This document shows, piece by piece, positions 10,208-19,616 of a stretch of 26,313 nucleotides of DNA. This DNA comes from a virus. Its lineage: Duplodnaviria; Heunggongvirae; Uroviricota; Caudoviricetes. The stretch is taken from the IMG/VR virus record IMGVR_UViG_2687453108_000014; one strand, 5' to 3'. Below the pieces are notes generated by a model. It was not told where the DNA came from, did no database searches, and worked only from the letters and a program-made list of their open reading frames with translations. A program made the position numbers and the translations under genes. The first letter of the stretch is position 1; each line of letters begins with the position of its first letter.

Positions 10208-10658
10208 AATTAAATTCCATATCATATTTGCCAATTTTATTTTTTATAATTGATTGCAACTGCTCATCAGGAATATCACTATATAACTTAACCACCAAAT
10301 TTATATTATGCTCCATCTGCGCAACATATTCATTATGTAGAGAATTTGTAAATGCATATGTTTTTTCAGAAGCTTTATATACAAAACCACGATGTGTATA
10401 AATTTTTGAGGCTAGTTCATAGCCTTGCAACAAAGCCAATGATTCTAAAACAATCTCTCGTTTTAGGGCTAACTGAGCATCTCTACGGGGTATTGGAGGA
10501 TGAAGACTAATCTCTTCAGGTAAAAAATCCTTAAGATTTACTAAAATAAAATCAAAACAAATAAGCCGTTCAAGGCTTAATGAAGAAGGATAAATAGCGA
10601 CGAGCACTTTCGCCATTCGACATGCCACTTCTAAACTTGAATTATAAATTCTAACCAT
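10200..10658 (-). CDS. Small protein (component 2), about 152 aa from the internal ATG
   Basis: ATG at 10656-10658 overlaps the upstream stop (TAATG) and its own stop overlaps the ATPase start (ATGAATGA); no recognisable motif. Confidence 0.5.
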   Translation of the reverse strand: MVRIYNSSLEVACRMAKVLVAIYPSSLSLERLICFDFILVNLKDFLPEEISLHPPIPRRDAQLALKREIVLESLALLQGYELASKIYTHRGFVYKASEKTYAFTNSLHNEYVAQMEHNINLVVKLYSDIPDEQLQSIIKNKIGKYDMEFNYE

Positions 10659-11275
10659 TATCTCACCGTCCAAATTACTTCACCATCATTAACCAAATGA
10701 TGGCATATTCCTTTTTTATCATTTGCTTCACATATTTTTGATAGTACTGAATGTGCAATTGGTGTCAGAACAGCCTGCTTCAAGACTGCATTACACCTAA
10801 TAAATGCATAATTATGGTCTTCATAAAAGACGGGTTCAATTGAAGATGAAATGTAACATTTCAATGCTTTGAATACATCATCTTTAAATACTTCGCGGAC
10901 AAAAACCTCAAGCGAAGATGCAAAATAAAAATCATTTCTACTATTATTAAAGTGTCGTCTGTATGGATCATCAAGCTCTAAGAAAGAACTATAAGTTTTA
11001 TTTCCATGCTCTGAATAGGCTTGAAGCAGTGCATTAACATATACAGACTCTTTTTTTGAATTGTATGTTGGAATTTCATTTGGAGGGATTCTCACGACAT
11101 ACAGCTCGTTAAAGTACTTAAAATAAAGGTGTGTATTTGCAATATCATTTAAAATCAATGATAAGGGTAGAGAGTAAAAAATACTAAAATCAAAATCCTC
11201 AATATATTTTTTTATTTCATCATCTAATGGAATATCAATCTTTTTAGTTATTTTTTTGAAATTGCTGAATCCCAT
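10658..11275 (-). CDS. Hypothetical protein, probably the C-terminal part of the upstream nuclease-like gene
   Basis: Overlaps the upstream ORF by 28 nt in another frame exactly at an A7 run (11251-11257); its own RBS is weak; a 1-nt change in the run would fuse the two into about 340 aa. Confidence 0.45.
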   Translation of the reverse strand: MGFSNFKKITKKIDIPLDDEIKKYIEDFDFSIFYSLPLSLILNDIANTHLYFKYFNELYVVRIPPNEIPTYNSKKESVYVNALLQAYSEHGNKTYSSFLELDDPYRRHFNNSRNDFYFASSLEVFVREVFKDDVFKALKCYISSSIEPVFYEDHNYAFIRCNAVLKQAVLTPIAHSVLSKICEANDKKGICHHLVNDGEVIWTVR

Positions 11276-11664
11276 GAATCAAGGACTGCTTTTTTAAGCT
11301 CGTTTTTATTTTTCAATAAATTAGAAAATGTAGTAGATAAATCATAGGGTGCCACAAAAAAGTACTTCTGAGGGATGGGATAATCACCATTCAGAGTAAA
11401 ATAGATAAGTTTTCCAAACTCAACTACAACATCAGAGAACCCTAAACTTTTTTTGTACAGTTTGCATTGATAATTATCCCAAGAATAACCTTCTACGTTA
11501 GGATCCGATTTATATCCAACAACGTCTCTACCTTTATCTCCAGCTCCTCCCAAACGTTCGCTCCACGGGTAATCATCTGATTTACAGACAATAAGCCAAT
11601 CATGGACAAATACCTCCCATTGTTCATCATCCCATGTCAATATTTCCGAAAGTGGTTGAGACAC
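11248..11664 (-). CDS. PD-(D/E)xK (Mrr/Cap4-like) nuclease-domain protein (component 1, N-terminal part)
   Basis: ERLGGAGDKGRDVVGY ... NYQCKLYKK resembles the G-x-GD-x-G-x-D ... QxK catalytic core of Mrr-type nucleases; GTG start 7 nt after AAGGAG, directly downstream of the integrase stop. Confidence 0.5.
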   Translation of the reverse strand: MSQPLSEILTWDDEQWEVFVHDWLIVCKSDDYPWSERLGGAGDKGRDVVGYKSDPNVEGYSWDNYQCKLYKKSLGFSDVVVEFGKLIYFTLNGDYPIPQKYFFVAPYDLSTTFSNLLKNKNELKKAVLDSWDSAISKK

Positions 11665-11667
11665 AAA

Positions 11668-12849
11668 TTAACTCCTTTTTAGTCTTTCAAATATCAAATT
11701 ACTGTACCAGTCCATCATAGACTTCCTTCCACTAAAATATTGAGCATGGTTATAAGTCCCCCTAATAGAATTTTTATCTACATGAGCCAACTGGATTTCA
11801 ATCCAAGCACTCTCAAAACCTTGCTCATGCAGGATTGTAGAAAGGGTATGACGAAAACCATGTCCAGTGACTTTTCCTCCATACCCAATACGCTTAATGG
11901 CTTGATTTATACTCGCTTCGCTCATTGGCCTATTCGGATCGTTCCGCCCTGGAAAAACATAACGATAGTTCCCTGTCATGATCTTGAGTTCATTGAGTAA
12001 ATCTACCGCTTGAGATGATAAGGGCACAAGATGTGGCCTACGCATTTTCATCCTTTCAGCAGGAATTTCCCAAATAGCGTTATCCAGATCAAATTCTTGC
12101 CATAATGCCGCGCGTAATTCGATGGTTCTCACACCCGTAATCATCAGTAATTTCGTGGCTATCTGGACAAGCTTACTCCCGGAGTAACCCTCTAAGGCAC
12201 GTAGAAAATCAGGTATCTCATCAGCTTTTAGGAATGGGAAATGATTGGATTGGTGTACTTCGAGAGCGCTGGAGAGATCAGCCGCAGGATTGTACTCCGC
12301 CCTACCCGTTGCAATTGCGGGGCGGTTCACTTCGGAGCAACGCTGCCGCACTTTGCGCATTTTCTCCAACGCACCACGTTTCTCAATTTTACGCAGAACG
12401 TTCAGCAGCTCTAGCGGTTTAATCTCTCCCACAGGCCTTGTTCCGACATAAGGAAAAATGTCGTTCTTAAACGCTTCCATGATGTCTGATGCATATCCCG
12501 CCGACCATTTAGCAGATTTAAGTTGATGCCACTCTCTGGCTATCTTTTCGAAGGCGTTCTCTGACTCTGTTTGCATAGCTAGCTTTTGCTCTTTTCGAAC
12601 CTCACTAGGGTTCTTTCCTTCTGCCACAAGTTTTCGAGCTTCATCACGACGGGAACGAGCATCGGCAAGGGTGATCGTTGGGTAAACACCAAGCGAGATC
12701 ATTTTGGGTTTGCCGGCATAGCGATAGCGGAACCGCCAACTCTTGCTTCCATTAGGTTCTATAAGTAATGACAACCCTAGCCCATCTCCAAATGTATAGG
12801 CTTTAGCTTCAGGCTTAGCGCGGCGAATCTGCATATCGTTTAAAGGCAT
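11668..12849 (-). CDS. int: P4-type tyrosine integrase
   Basis: P4-type N-terminal arm-binding region (MPLNDMQIRRAKPEAKAYTFGDGLGLSL...) and catalytic HxxR (GHGFRHTL) and Tyr (RGTYNHAQY) motifs; lies next to the partial thrW repeat. Confidence 0.9.
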   Translation of the reverse strand: MPLNDMQIRRAKPEAKAYTFGDGLGLSLLIEPNGSKSWRFRYRYAGKPKMISLGVYPTITLADARSRRDEARKLVAEGKNPSEVRKEQKLAMQTESENAFEKIAREWHQLKSAKWSAGYASDIMEAFKNDIFPYVGTRPVGEIKPLELLNVLRKIEKRGALEKMRKVRQRCSEVNRPAIATGRAEYNPAADLSSALEVHQSNHFPFLKADEIPDFLRALEGYSGSKLVQIATKLLMITGVRTIELRAALWQEFDLDNAIWEIPAERMKMRRPHLVPLSSQAVDLLNELKIMTGNYRYVFPGRNDPNRPMSEASINQAIKRIGYGGKVTGHGFRHTLSTILHEQGFESAWIEIQLAHVDKNSIRGTYNHAQYFSGRKSMMDWYSNLIFERLKRS

Positions 12850-12904
12850 GTGTATAGGAATCCAGACCGAACAGGAACATATACACAATCCTATACACAT
12901 TCAG

Positions 12905-13010
12905 TACCGGATTCTACTGGATGGTTACGGACTACTATGGACTTAAAAGAATAAAAAATGTTATAAATCAGAGATTTTATGGACTAATACGGACGTTTGA
13001 GGAAGTTGAG
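12905..13010. promoter_or_regulatory. Candidate integrase arm-type binding repeats
   Basis: Repeated TACGGAC / TATGGACTA motifs between the int start and the att core. Confidence 0.3.
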
Positions 13011-13012
13011 AT

Positions 13013-13058
13013 GGTGCCGATAATAGGAGTCGAACCTACGACCTTCGCATTACGAATT
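13013..13058 (-). repeat. 46-bp partial thrW 3' end, the att junction between the two elements
   Basis: Exact 46-bp identity to 24870-24915 (3' portion of thrW); diverges at 13059. Confidence 0.85.
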
Positions 13059-13338
13059 ATAAGAATCCGCTTCTAATTCAAAGCATTACCCCATCAACAC
13101 TGCGCTCACACGTCCCACCACATCAAAACATGTAAAGCCTTGCAAGCCATTGCGAGGCCTTATGTGTCTCAGTTTTGTCCCACCTTGTATTACGACTTGC
13201 ATAGCCAATGAAGATAAACGTGACGACAAACGGCGCAGCAGTCTTCTTTTCTTTCACGACTTCTCCAGCATGCATACCTTTCTGCCATGACTGAAGTGAA
13301 TGCCTGTTATGAGCAAGGATTGGCCCAGATGAATCGCC

Positions 13339-13504
13339 CTGGACTGTTGCGATCGTGAAGCCATAGACTGGGCCGCAAGCACGGGAGGTTACGATAAAGC
13401 GACAGTGCAGGATGTCATGTTAGGAGCGATAGAAAAACGCTTTGGCGATAAAGTACCGGAACAGTCCATCCAGTGGCTGACAGATAACGGTTCAGCGTAT
13501 AGAG
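13339..13504 (+). pseudogene. IS2-family (IS3 superfamily) transposase remnant, upstream part, interrupted by the IS629-like element
   Basis: Translates to ...[51 protein letters not shown], resembling an InsD-type C-terminal region; the frame continues after the IS. Confidence 0.55.
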
Positions 13505-13558
13505 TGAACCGCCCCGGAAATCCTGGAGACTAAACTCCCTGAGAAAGAGGTAAACAGG

Positions 13559-13885
13559 ATGACTAAAAATACTCGTTTTTCCCCCGAAGTCCGTCAGCGG
13601 GCGATTCGTATGGTTCTGGAAAGTCAGGATGAATATGACTCACAGTGGGCGGCAATTTGTTCCATTGCCCCAAAGATTGGCTGTACGCCGGAGACTCTGC
13701 GTGTCTGGGTTCGCCAGCATGAGCGGGATACCGGGGGCGGTGATGGTGGGCTCACCAGCGCTGAACGTCAGCGTCTGAAAGAGCTGGAACGTGAAAATCG
13801 TGAACTGCGCCGCAGTAACGATATCCTTCGCCAGGCTTCCGCTTATTTTGCGAAGGCGGAGTTCGACCGCCTCTGGAAAAAATGA
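13559..13885 (+). CDS. IS629-like OrfA (HTH)
   Basis: [23 protein letters not shown]... with leucine-zipper-like C-terminus, typical of IS3-family OrfA. Confidence 0.85.
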   Translation: MTKNTRFSPEVRQRAIRMVLESQDEYDSQWAAICSIAPKIGCTPETLRVWVRQHERDTGGGDGGLTSAERQRLKELERENRELRRSNDILRQASAYFAKAEFDRLWKK

Positions 13886-14772
13886 TGCCACTGCTGGATA
13901 AGCTGCGTGAGCAGTACGGGGTCGGACCGGTATGCAGCGAACTGCATATTGCCCCGTCAACGTATTACCATTGTCAGCAACAGCGACATCATCCGGATAA
14001 ACGCAGTGCCCGTGCGCAGCACGACGACTGGCTGAAGAGAGAGATACAGCGCGTATACGATGAAAATCATCAGGTGTACGGTGTGCGTAAAGTCTGGCGT
14101 CAGTTGTTACGGGAAGGAATCAGGGTGGCCAGATGTACAGTGGCACGTCTCATGGCGGTTATGGGACTTGCCGGTGTTCTCCGGGGTAAAAAGGTCCGTA
14201 CGACCATCAGCCGGAAAGCCGTTGCCGCAGGCGACCGCGTAAACCGTCAGTTCGTGGCAGAACGACCTGACCAGCTGTGGGTGGCTGATTTTACTTACGT
14301 CAGCACATGGCAGGGCTTCGTCTATGTGGCGTTTATCATTGATGTGTTTGCCGGATACATCGTGGGGTGGCGGGTCTCATCGTCTATGGAAACGACATTC
14401 GTGCTGGATGCGCTGGAGCAGGCGTTGTGGGCCCGTCGTCCGTCTGGCACCATCCATCACAGCGATAAAGGCTCTCAGTATGTGTCACTGGCCTATACGG
14501 AGCGACTAAAAGAAGCCGGATTACTGGCATCAACAGGGAGTACAGGCGACTCGTATGACAACGCGATGGCTGAGAGCATCAATGGTCTTTACAAAGCGGA
14601 GGTAATACACCGTAAGAGCTGGAAAAACCGTGCAGAAGTGGAACTGGCCACACTAACGTGGGTGGACTGGTATAACAATCGACGATTGCTGGGAAGGCTG
14701 GGCCATACTCCTCCGGCAGAAGCAGAAAAAGCTTATTATGCTTCCATCGGAAACGATGATCTGGCAGCCTGA
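13882..14772 (+). CDS. IS629-like OrfB (DDE transposase)
   Basis: DDE-type catalytic region (...WVADFTYV..., ...HHSDKGSQY..., ...DNAMAES...); overlaps orfA as expected for programmed -1 frameshifting. Confidence 0.85.
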   Translation: MMPLLDKLREQYGVGPVCSELHIAPSTYYHCQQQRHHPDKRSARAQHDDWLKREIQRVYDENHQVYGVRKVWRQLLREGIRVARCTVARLMAVMGLAGVLRGKKVRTTISRKAVAAGDRVNRQFVAERPDQLWVADFTYVSTWQGFVYVAFIIDVFAGYIVGWRVSSSMETTFVLDALEQALWARRPSGTIHHSDKGSQYVSLAYTERLKEAGLLASTGSTGDSYDNAMAESINGLYKAEVIHRKSWKNRAEVELATLTWVDWYNNRRLLGRLGHTPPAEAEKAYYASIGNDDLAA

Positions 14773-14817
14773 GTTCACAGATAAAACACTCTCCAGGAAA
14801 CCCGGGGCGGTTCAGAG

Positions 14818-15083
14818 CGCATGAAACACGGCAGTTCGCCAGAGAGTTGAATCTGGAGCCCTGCACAACGGCAATCAGCAGTCCTCAGAGTAATGGAATT
14901 GCAGAAAGGTTCGTGAAAACGATGAAGGAAGACTACATCGCGTTCATGCCGAAACCGAATGTAAGAACGGCATTGCATAATCTTGCAGTGGCGATCGAAC
15001 ATTACAATGAAAACCATCCGCACAGTGCGTTGGGTTATCGCTCTCCGCGAGAATATCGACGTCAGCGGGTAACGTTAACTTAA
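14818..15083 (+). pseudogene. IS2-family transposase remnant, downstream part (C-terminus)
   Basis: ...[36 protein letters not shown]...[14 protein letters not shown]... continues the frame of 13339-13504 once the IS and one GAG copy are removed. Confidence 0.55.
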
Positions 15084-15124
15084 GATACCCCCCCTGTCTG
15101 GAAATAAGGGGGCAAGAACAATGA

Positions 15125-15868
15125 TCAGATTCCCTGGTGAGTAAGAATTTTACTTTCTGAACTCCTCTGAGAGTATTGACTTGGAGAAACACCAAAATAA
15201 CGTCTAAATACATAAGTAAAGTATGAGACACTGGCATAACCACAGACCTTAGCTACTTTACTAATAGGATAACAACGAGTGCTGAGTAAATATTCAGCCA
15301 TTTGCATCCTCTCATCAAGTATGATCTTACTGAATGATACCCCCTCTTCTTTCAATTTCCTCTTTAGTAAACTTTCGCTGAGATATAATCTTGATGATAT
15401 ATCCTTAAGACGCCATGGTGCAGATAAATCCGTATGAATAATCGTTTTAACTTTAGCCCCTGTGCTTTTCAAACATCCAAACAGAAATACTCCAAATTGT
15501 TTTTCAGAAGAAAATGCAGAGAGACATGTAAAAGCAATAGACTCATCAAAAATTTCTATGTATTCAGCACAGTGATTAGCCCAACTAATTAATCCTTTAA
15601 TTAAACTGAAGTCAGCAAAGTTTATTTTTAAATAAGATGGATATTCCCTACAATCAGAAATATCCCTTAAGTTATTAGCTTTCAAATAGCGACTAATAAA
15701 CTCAGCGCCAAAATCCGCCACTATCACTCTTTCAGGATATGTCAGGAAAAAATCTCTAGAGCTAGAGTCGACAAGTACAGATGAACCTCTCTCCAGAAAC
15801 ACACTCTCTTTTCCGAAATAAACATCAAAGGACTCCAAAATCAATATAACTGAACATGTAGTTGCCAT
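15125..15868 (-). CDS. AraC/XylS-family transcriptional regulator, AppY-like
   Basis: C-terminal double HTH (WRLKDISSRLYLSESLLKRKLKEEGVSFSKIILDERMQMAEYLL...VCGYASVSYFTYVFRRYFGVSPSQY); overall layout resembles prophage-borne AppY-type regulators; gene is AT-rich. Confidence 0.8.
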   Translation of the reverse strand: MATTCSVILILESFDVYFGKESVFLERGSSVLVDSSSRDFFLTYPERVIVADFGAEFISRYLKANNLRDISDCREYPSYLKINFADFSLIKGLISWANHCAEYIEIFDESIAFTCLSAFSSEKQFGVFLFGCLKSTGAKVKTIIHTDLSAPWRLKDISSRLYLSESLLKRKLKEEGVSFSKIILDERMQMAEYLLSTRCYPISKVAKVCGYASVSYFTYVFRRYFGVSPSQYSQRSSESKILTHQGI

Positions 15869-16450
15869 ATCATCCCCCCAATTTAACTGAAACCAGGATG
15901 AAGTATATGTATATAAAGTTCACTTTGCCAAACTTCAGTATAAAAAACCACTAAAAATAGGGTGTGATAAAAAATACCGTAACAATAAAGCAAAGGATTA
16001 TAAATTCCGTTACAGTTACAAATGATACTCAAGAAACAATTCCTTAGGAAAAACTTATTTACAGCCAATAAGTAAGACACTTATATGATATCAAGTTTTC
16101 ATAAAACATAACTAGGCTAAATAGCTGCGCCTAATACCGCTACACTTTTGCCAGCCCATGTTTGCCTCCGGGTATTGACCCCTTCTCTACGCAACTTCAG
16201 TTCCCACCACCAACTTTGCGGCAGCTTTGTAGGATCAATGTCTAAAAGAATAATGGTGACCGATAAGAAAACGACTGAATAACTGCAGATTTTCGCTCAA
16301 AACCTTCCTGTCAGATCCATAGCGAATCAAGTGCTGAATGTCACAGTATCGAACAGAAAACAGTGACGATCTAACCCTTCAAGAATATTCTACGATTGTT
16401 CTGTTTAGGAAAAGCAAGACGGGAAGTCGGGAGATAAGTCATTGATAAAG

Positions 16451-16512
16451 TGGCGGAGAGAGGGGGATTTGAACCCCCGGTAGAGTTGCCCCTACTCCGG
16501 TTTTCGAGACCG
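16451..16512 (-). other. 62-bp 3' fragment of a tRNA-Ser(CGA) gene (serU-like), att-type remnant
   Basis: Reverse complement reads CGGTCTCGAAAACCGGAGTAGGGGCAACTCTACCGGGGGTTCAAATCCCCCTCTCTCCGCCA: anticodon arm with CGA, long variable arm, T-arm and acceptor 3' end; the 5' half is absent. Confidence 0.7.
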
Positions 16513-16595
16513 ACCCGATCATCAAACGAAACATAAAATTAGCTCACATTATGAGGAAAGGTATCTTTTTGCGCTATGTAAATTCAAAGGGTTAG

Positions 16596-17465
<870 letters not shown>

Positions 17466-17522
17466 ATCTTCAAGTGGTAAGCATAAACCGCAGCACGATC
17501 TTGCATACGACGTGCTACGGTT

Positions 17523-18077
17523 TCATTTATCTCCGGCCGGAAACTTCTTATACAGTGTCGATACACCAACATCATAGATGATCGCTACCTTCTGGCGAGG
17601 AATTCCTGCTGCAATTAATCGTCCGGCCTGCGCCCATTGTTCTGGTGTAAGTTTGGGACGACGTCCACCAATTCGTCCCTGTGCGCGAGCAGCTTCCAGT
17701 CCAGCTTTTGTTCGTTCAACAATCAGTTCTCGTTCCATTTCAGCCAGGGCCCCCATCACATGAAAGAAAAAGCGCCCCATTGGGGTACTGGTATCAATAG
17801 CATCCGTCAGGCTGCGAAAATTAACGCCACGTTCGCGCAACTCCTCAACCAGAATGACCAGATGCCGCATACTGCGCCCCAGCCGATCCAGTTTCCAGAC
17901 AACCAGAGTGTCACCTGCCGATAATGTCCTGAGCAGTTTTTTCAGTCCCGGCCTTTCGGACTTTGTACCGCTTATCTTGTCTTCAAAAATCAGCTCGCAT
18001 CCTGCACAGTTCAGCGCATTACGTTGTAGATCTGTGTTCTGGTCATTTGTTGACACACGTACATAGCCAATAAGCAT
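17523..18077 (-). CDS. pin: Pin/Gin/Hin-family serine DNA invertase
   Basis: MLIGYVRVSTNDQNTDLQ... with catalytic Ser and C-terminal HTH; lies next to a hix/gix-like site and an invertible segment. Confidence 0.9.
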   Translation of the reverse strand: MLIGYVRVSTNDQNTDLQRNALNCAGCELIFEDKISGTKSERPGLKKLLRTLSAGDTLVVWKLDRLGRSMRHLVILVEELRERGVNFRSLTDAIDTSTPMGRFFFHVMGALAEMERELIVERTKAGLEAARAQGRIGGRRPKLTPEQWAQAGRLIAAGIPRQKVAIIYDVGVSTLYKKFPAGDK

Positions 18078-18141
18078 GGTAGATCTCCCTGACAAAAGCA
18101 GGAATGATGCCATTTGCTCGTTATTTCTGCATTTTCATAAA

Positions 18142-18167
18142 CGTTGGTTTGGGAGAAGGTGCTCCAG
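18142..18167. repeat. Invertase crossover site 1 (hix/gix-like, 26 bp)
   Basis: Reverse complement TTCTCCCAAACCAACGTTTATGAAAA resembles hix/gix sites and matches 19971-19996 in inverted orientation over TTCTCCCAAACCAA-GTTT. Confidence 0.7.
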
Positions 18168-18388
18168 CTATTGGCGTTCCGTTTCTGGCCGTCCGCTGCA
18201 ATGCCAATACTGTAATCGACAGCTGGTCCTGTATGGTGTTTTTGAAGTTCAACGGCGCGAAATTCTCTGCCACTGATTATCCTGTGCTGGCGAAAGTGTT
18301 TCCTTCGCTGGTATTACCTGAAGCCGCGGTGATTTCATTCGTATCTGGGATGACGGGCGAGGTGCAGACGGTGGTCGCGAATTATTAA
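18168..18388 (+). other. Promoterless alternative tail-fibre C-terminal segment (Sv')
   Basis: Frame runs on from the crossover site: ...GAPAIGVPFLAVRCNANTV...KFNGAKFSATDYPVLAKVFPSLVLPEA..., a tail-fibre-like motif. Confidence 0.45.
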
Positions 18389-18594
18389 GCTGGCAGGCAG
18401 CTACAACTTTCTCAGTTTGCCGGGAATATAGGCGAAGGTGCGGGACACGCAATTAACTTTCATGATGGCATCGCCGGAAATCAGCCAGGATTTTCACGAT
18501 TTAATTTCACCAGTAACTCTGTGGGTGATGGTGTGAATTTTGTTGCAGTCAGACCGCGAAATATTGCATTTAACTTTCTGGTGAGGGCTAAATA

Positions 18595-19185
18595 ATGAAC
18601 CTGTTTTTGATGAAAATGGGCTGGCTACAGTGCCGGGCGATATGCGTTGTTTTTATTATGATGCTGAAACATCTGAGTATACGGCTGGTCTGATGAATAT
18701 ATTAATACTGGCGTAAGTATGCCCGCCTGTTCCACTGGTATTGACCCTGGCGAAAACATTCCGGGAAGAGTGGCAGTATTTACAGGTAAGGGATGGAGCC
18801 ATGAAGAAGACCATCGCAATGAGACTGTTTACTCAATCGAAAATGGCGCAGCTGTTACAGTGGATTATATCGGTGCCATCAAAGACGGTTATGTCACGAT
18901 TTCACCGTTAACGCCATACGATAAATGGGATGGTGAGAAATGGGTGACAGACACTGAGGCACAACACAGTGCCGCAGTAGACGCGGCAGAAGCACAGCGC
19001 CAATCACTGATTGATGCAGCAATGGCTTCCATTAGTCTGATTCAGCTGAAGTTACAGGCCGGACGGAAACTGACTCAGGCAGAACAACCCGACTTAACGC
19101 CGTGCTGGATTACATTGACGCGGTGACGGCAACAGATACCAGCACCGCGCCGGATGTCATCTGGCCTGAACTGCCGGAGGCGTAG
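18595..19185 (+). pseudogene. Tail fibre assembly gene (tfa'), frameshifted
   Basis: Tfa-like middle region (TPYDKWDGEKWVTDTEAQ...) in one frame, conserved C-terminus (LNAVLDYIDAVTATDTSTAPDVIWPELPEA) in another; the N-terminus after ATG 18595 is in a third. Confidence 0.55.
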
Positions 19186-19586
19186 GCCATTCAATATCTG
19201 GCGCACCGGAAGTATCGACCAGCTCCAGTGCGTCCAGATAATCCAGCCACAATTATATTGCGTCAGTTCGTCACCTTTCAGACGACCAATAGCCGCTTTA
19301 CCGGGCCATTGCTTACTGTTCATGTATTCGTTGGCCTGGTTAATTAGTAGCTGTCTTTCTGATTCAGTAATTTCAATAAGCTCTTCATGCGTGGGTGGAG
19401 GAATATCTGCCACGCAGGCAGCCCATCATCTCCGGCAATACGGATTTTCCTTGTGGCGGTTCAGCCATAAACTCACTGATAATATTTTGATTTACTTCCT
19501 TAGCGTCTGATAAATCCCATCCCTCTGATTTATATTTATCAATCATATCCACAGGGAAAAAGCATTATGCCTTGCGCTATAAACAT
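19157..19586 (-). pseudogene. Tail fibre assembly gene (tfa), multiply frameshifted
   Basis: Starts MDEYVYSARHNAF then stops; DIPPPTHEELIEITESERQLL... and the conserved C-terminus WLDYLDALELVDTSGAPDIEWPTPPAVQAR are each in different frames; 3' end overlaps tfa' antisense. Confidence 0.55.
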
Positions 19587-19616
19587 ATTCGTCCATATAA
19601 ATCACCCTGAATAAAA

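Larger units (their letters stand above)
13505..14814 (+). mobile_element. IS629/IS3411-like insertion sequence, 1310 bp, with 3-bp GAG target duplication
   Basis: Terminal inverted repeats TGAACCGCCCCGG... at 13505 and ...CCCGGGGCGGTTCA ending 14814; flanked by GAG at 13502-13504 and 14815-14817; orfA and orfB overlap in the usual arrangement. Confidence 0.88.

Noticed and set aside
19075-19413. 112-aa minus-strand ORF from the track taken as an intact gene
   Set aside because: It is a composite frame through the frameshifted tfa pseudogene and the antisense of tfa'; the real tfa signal is spread over three frames.
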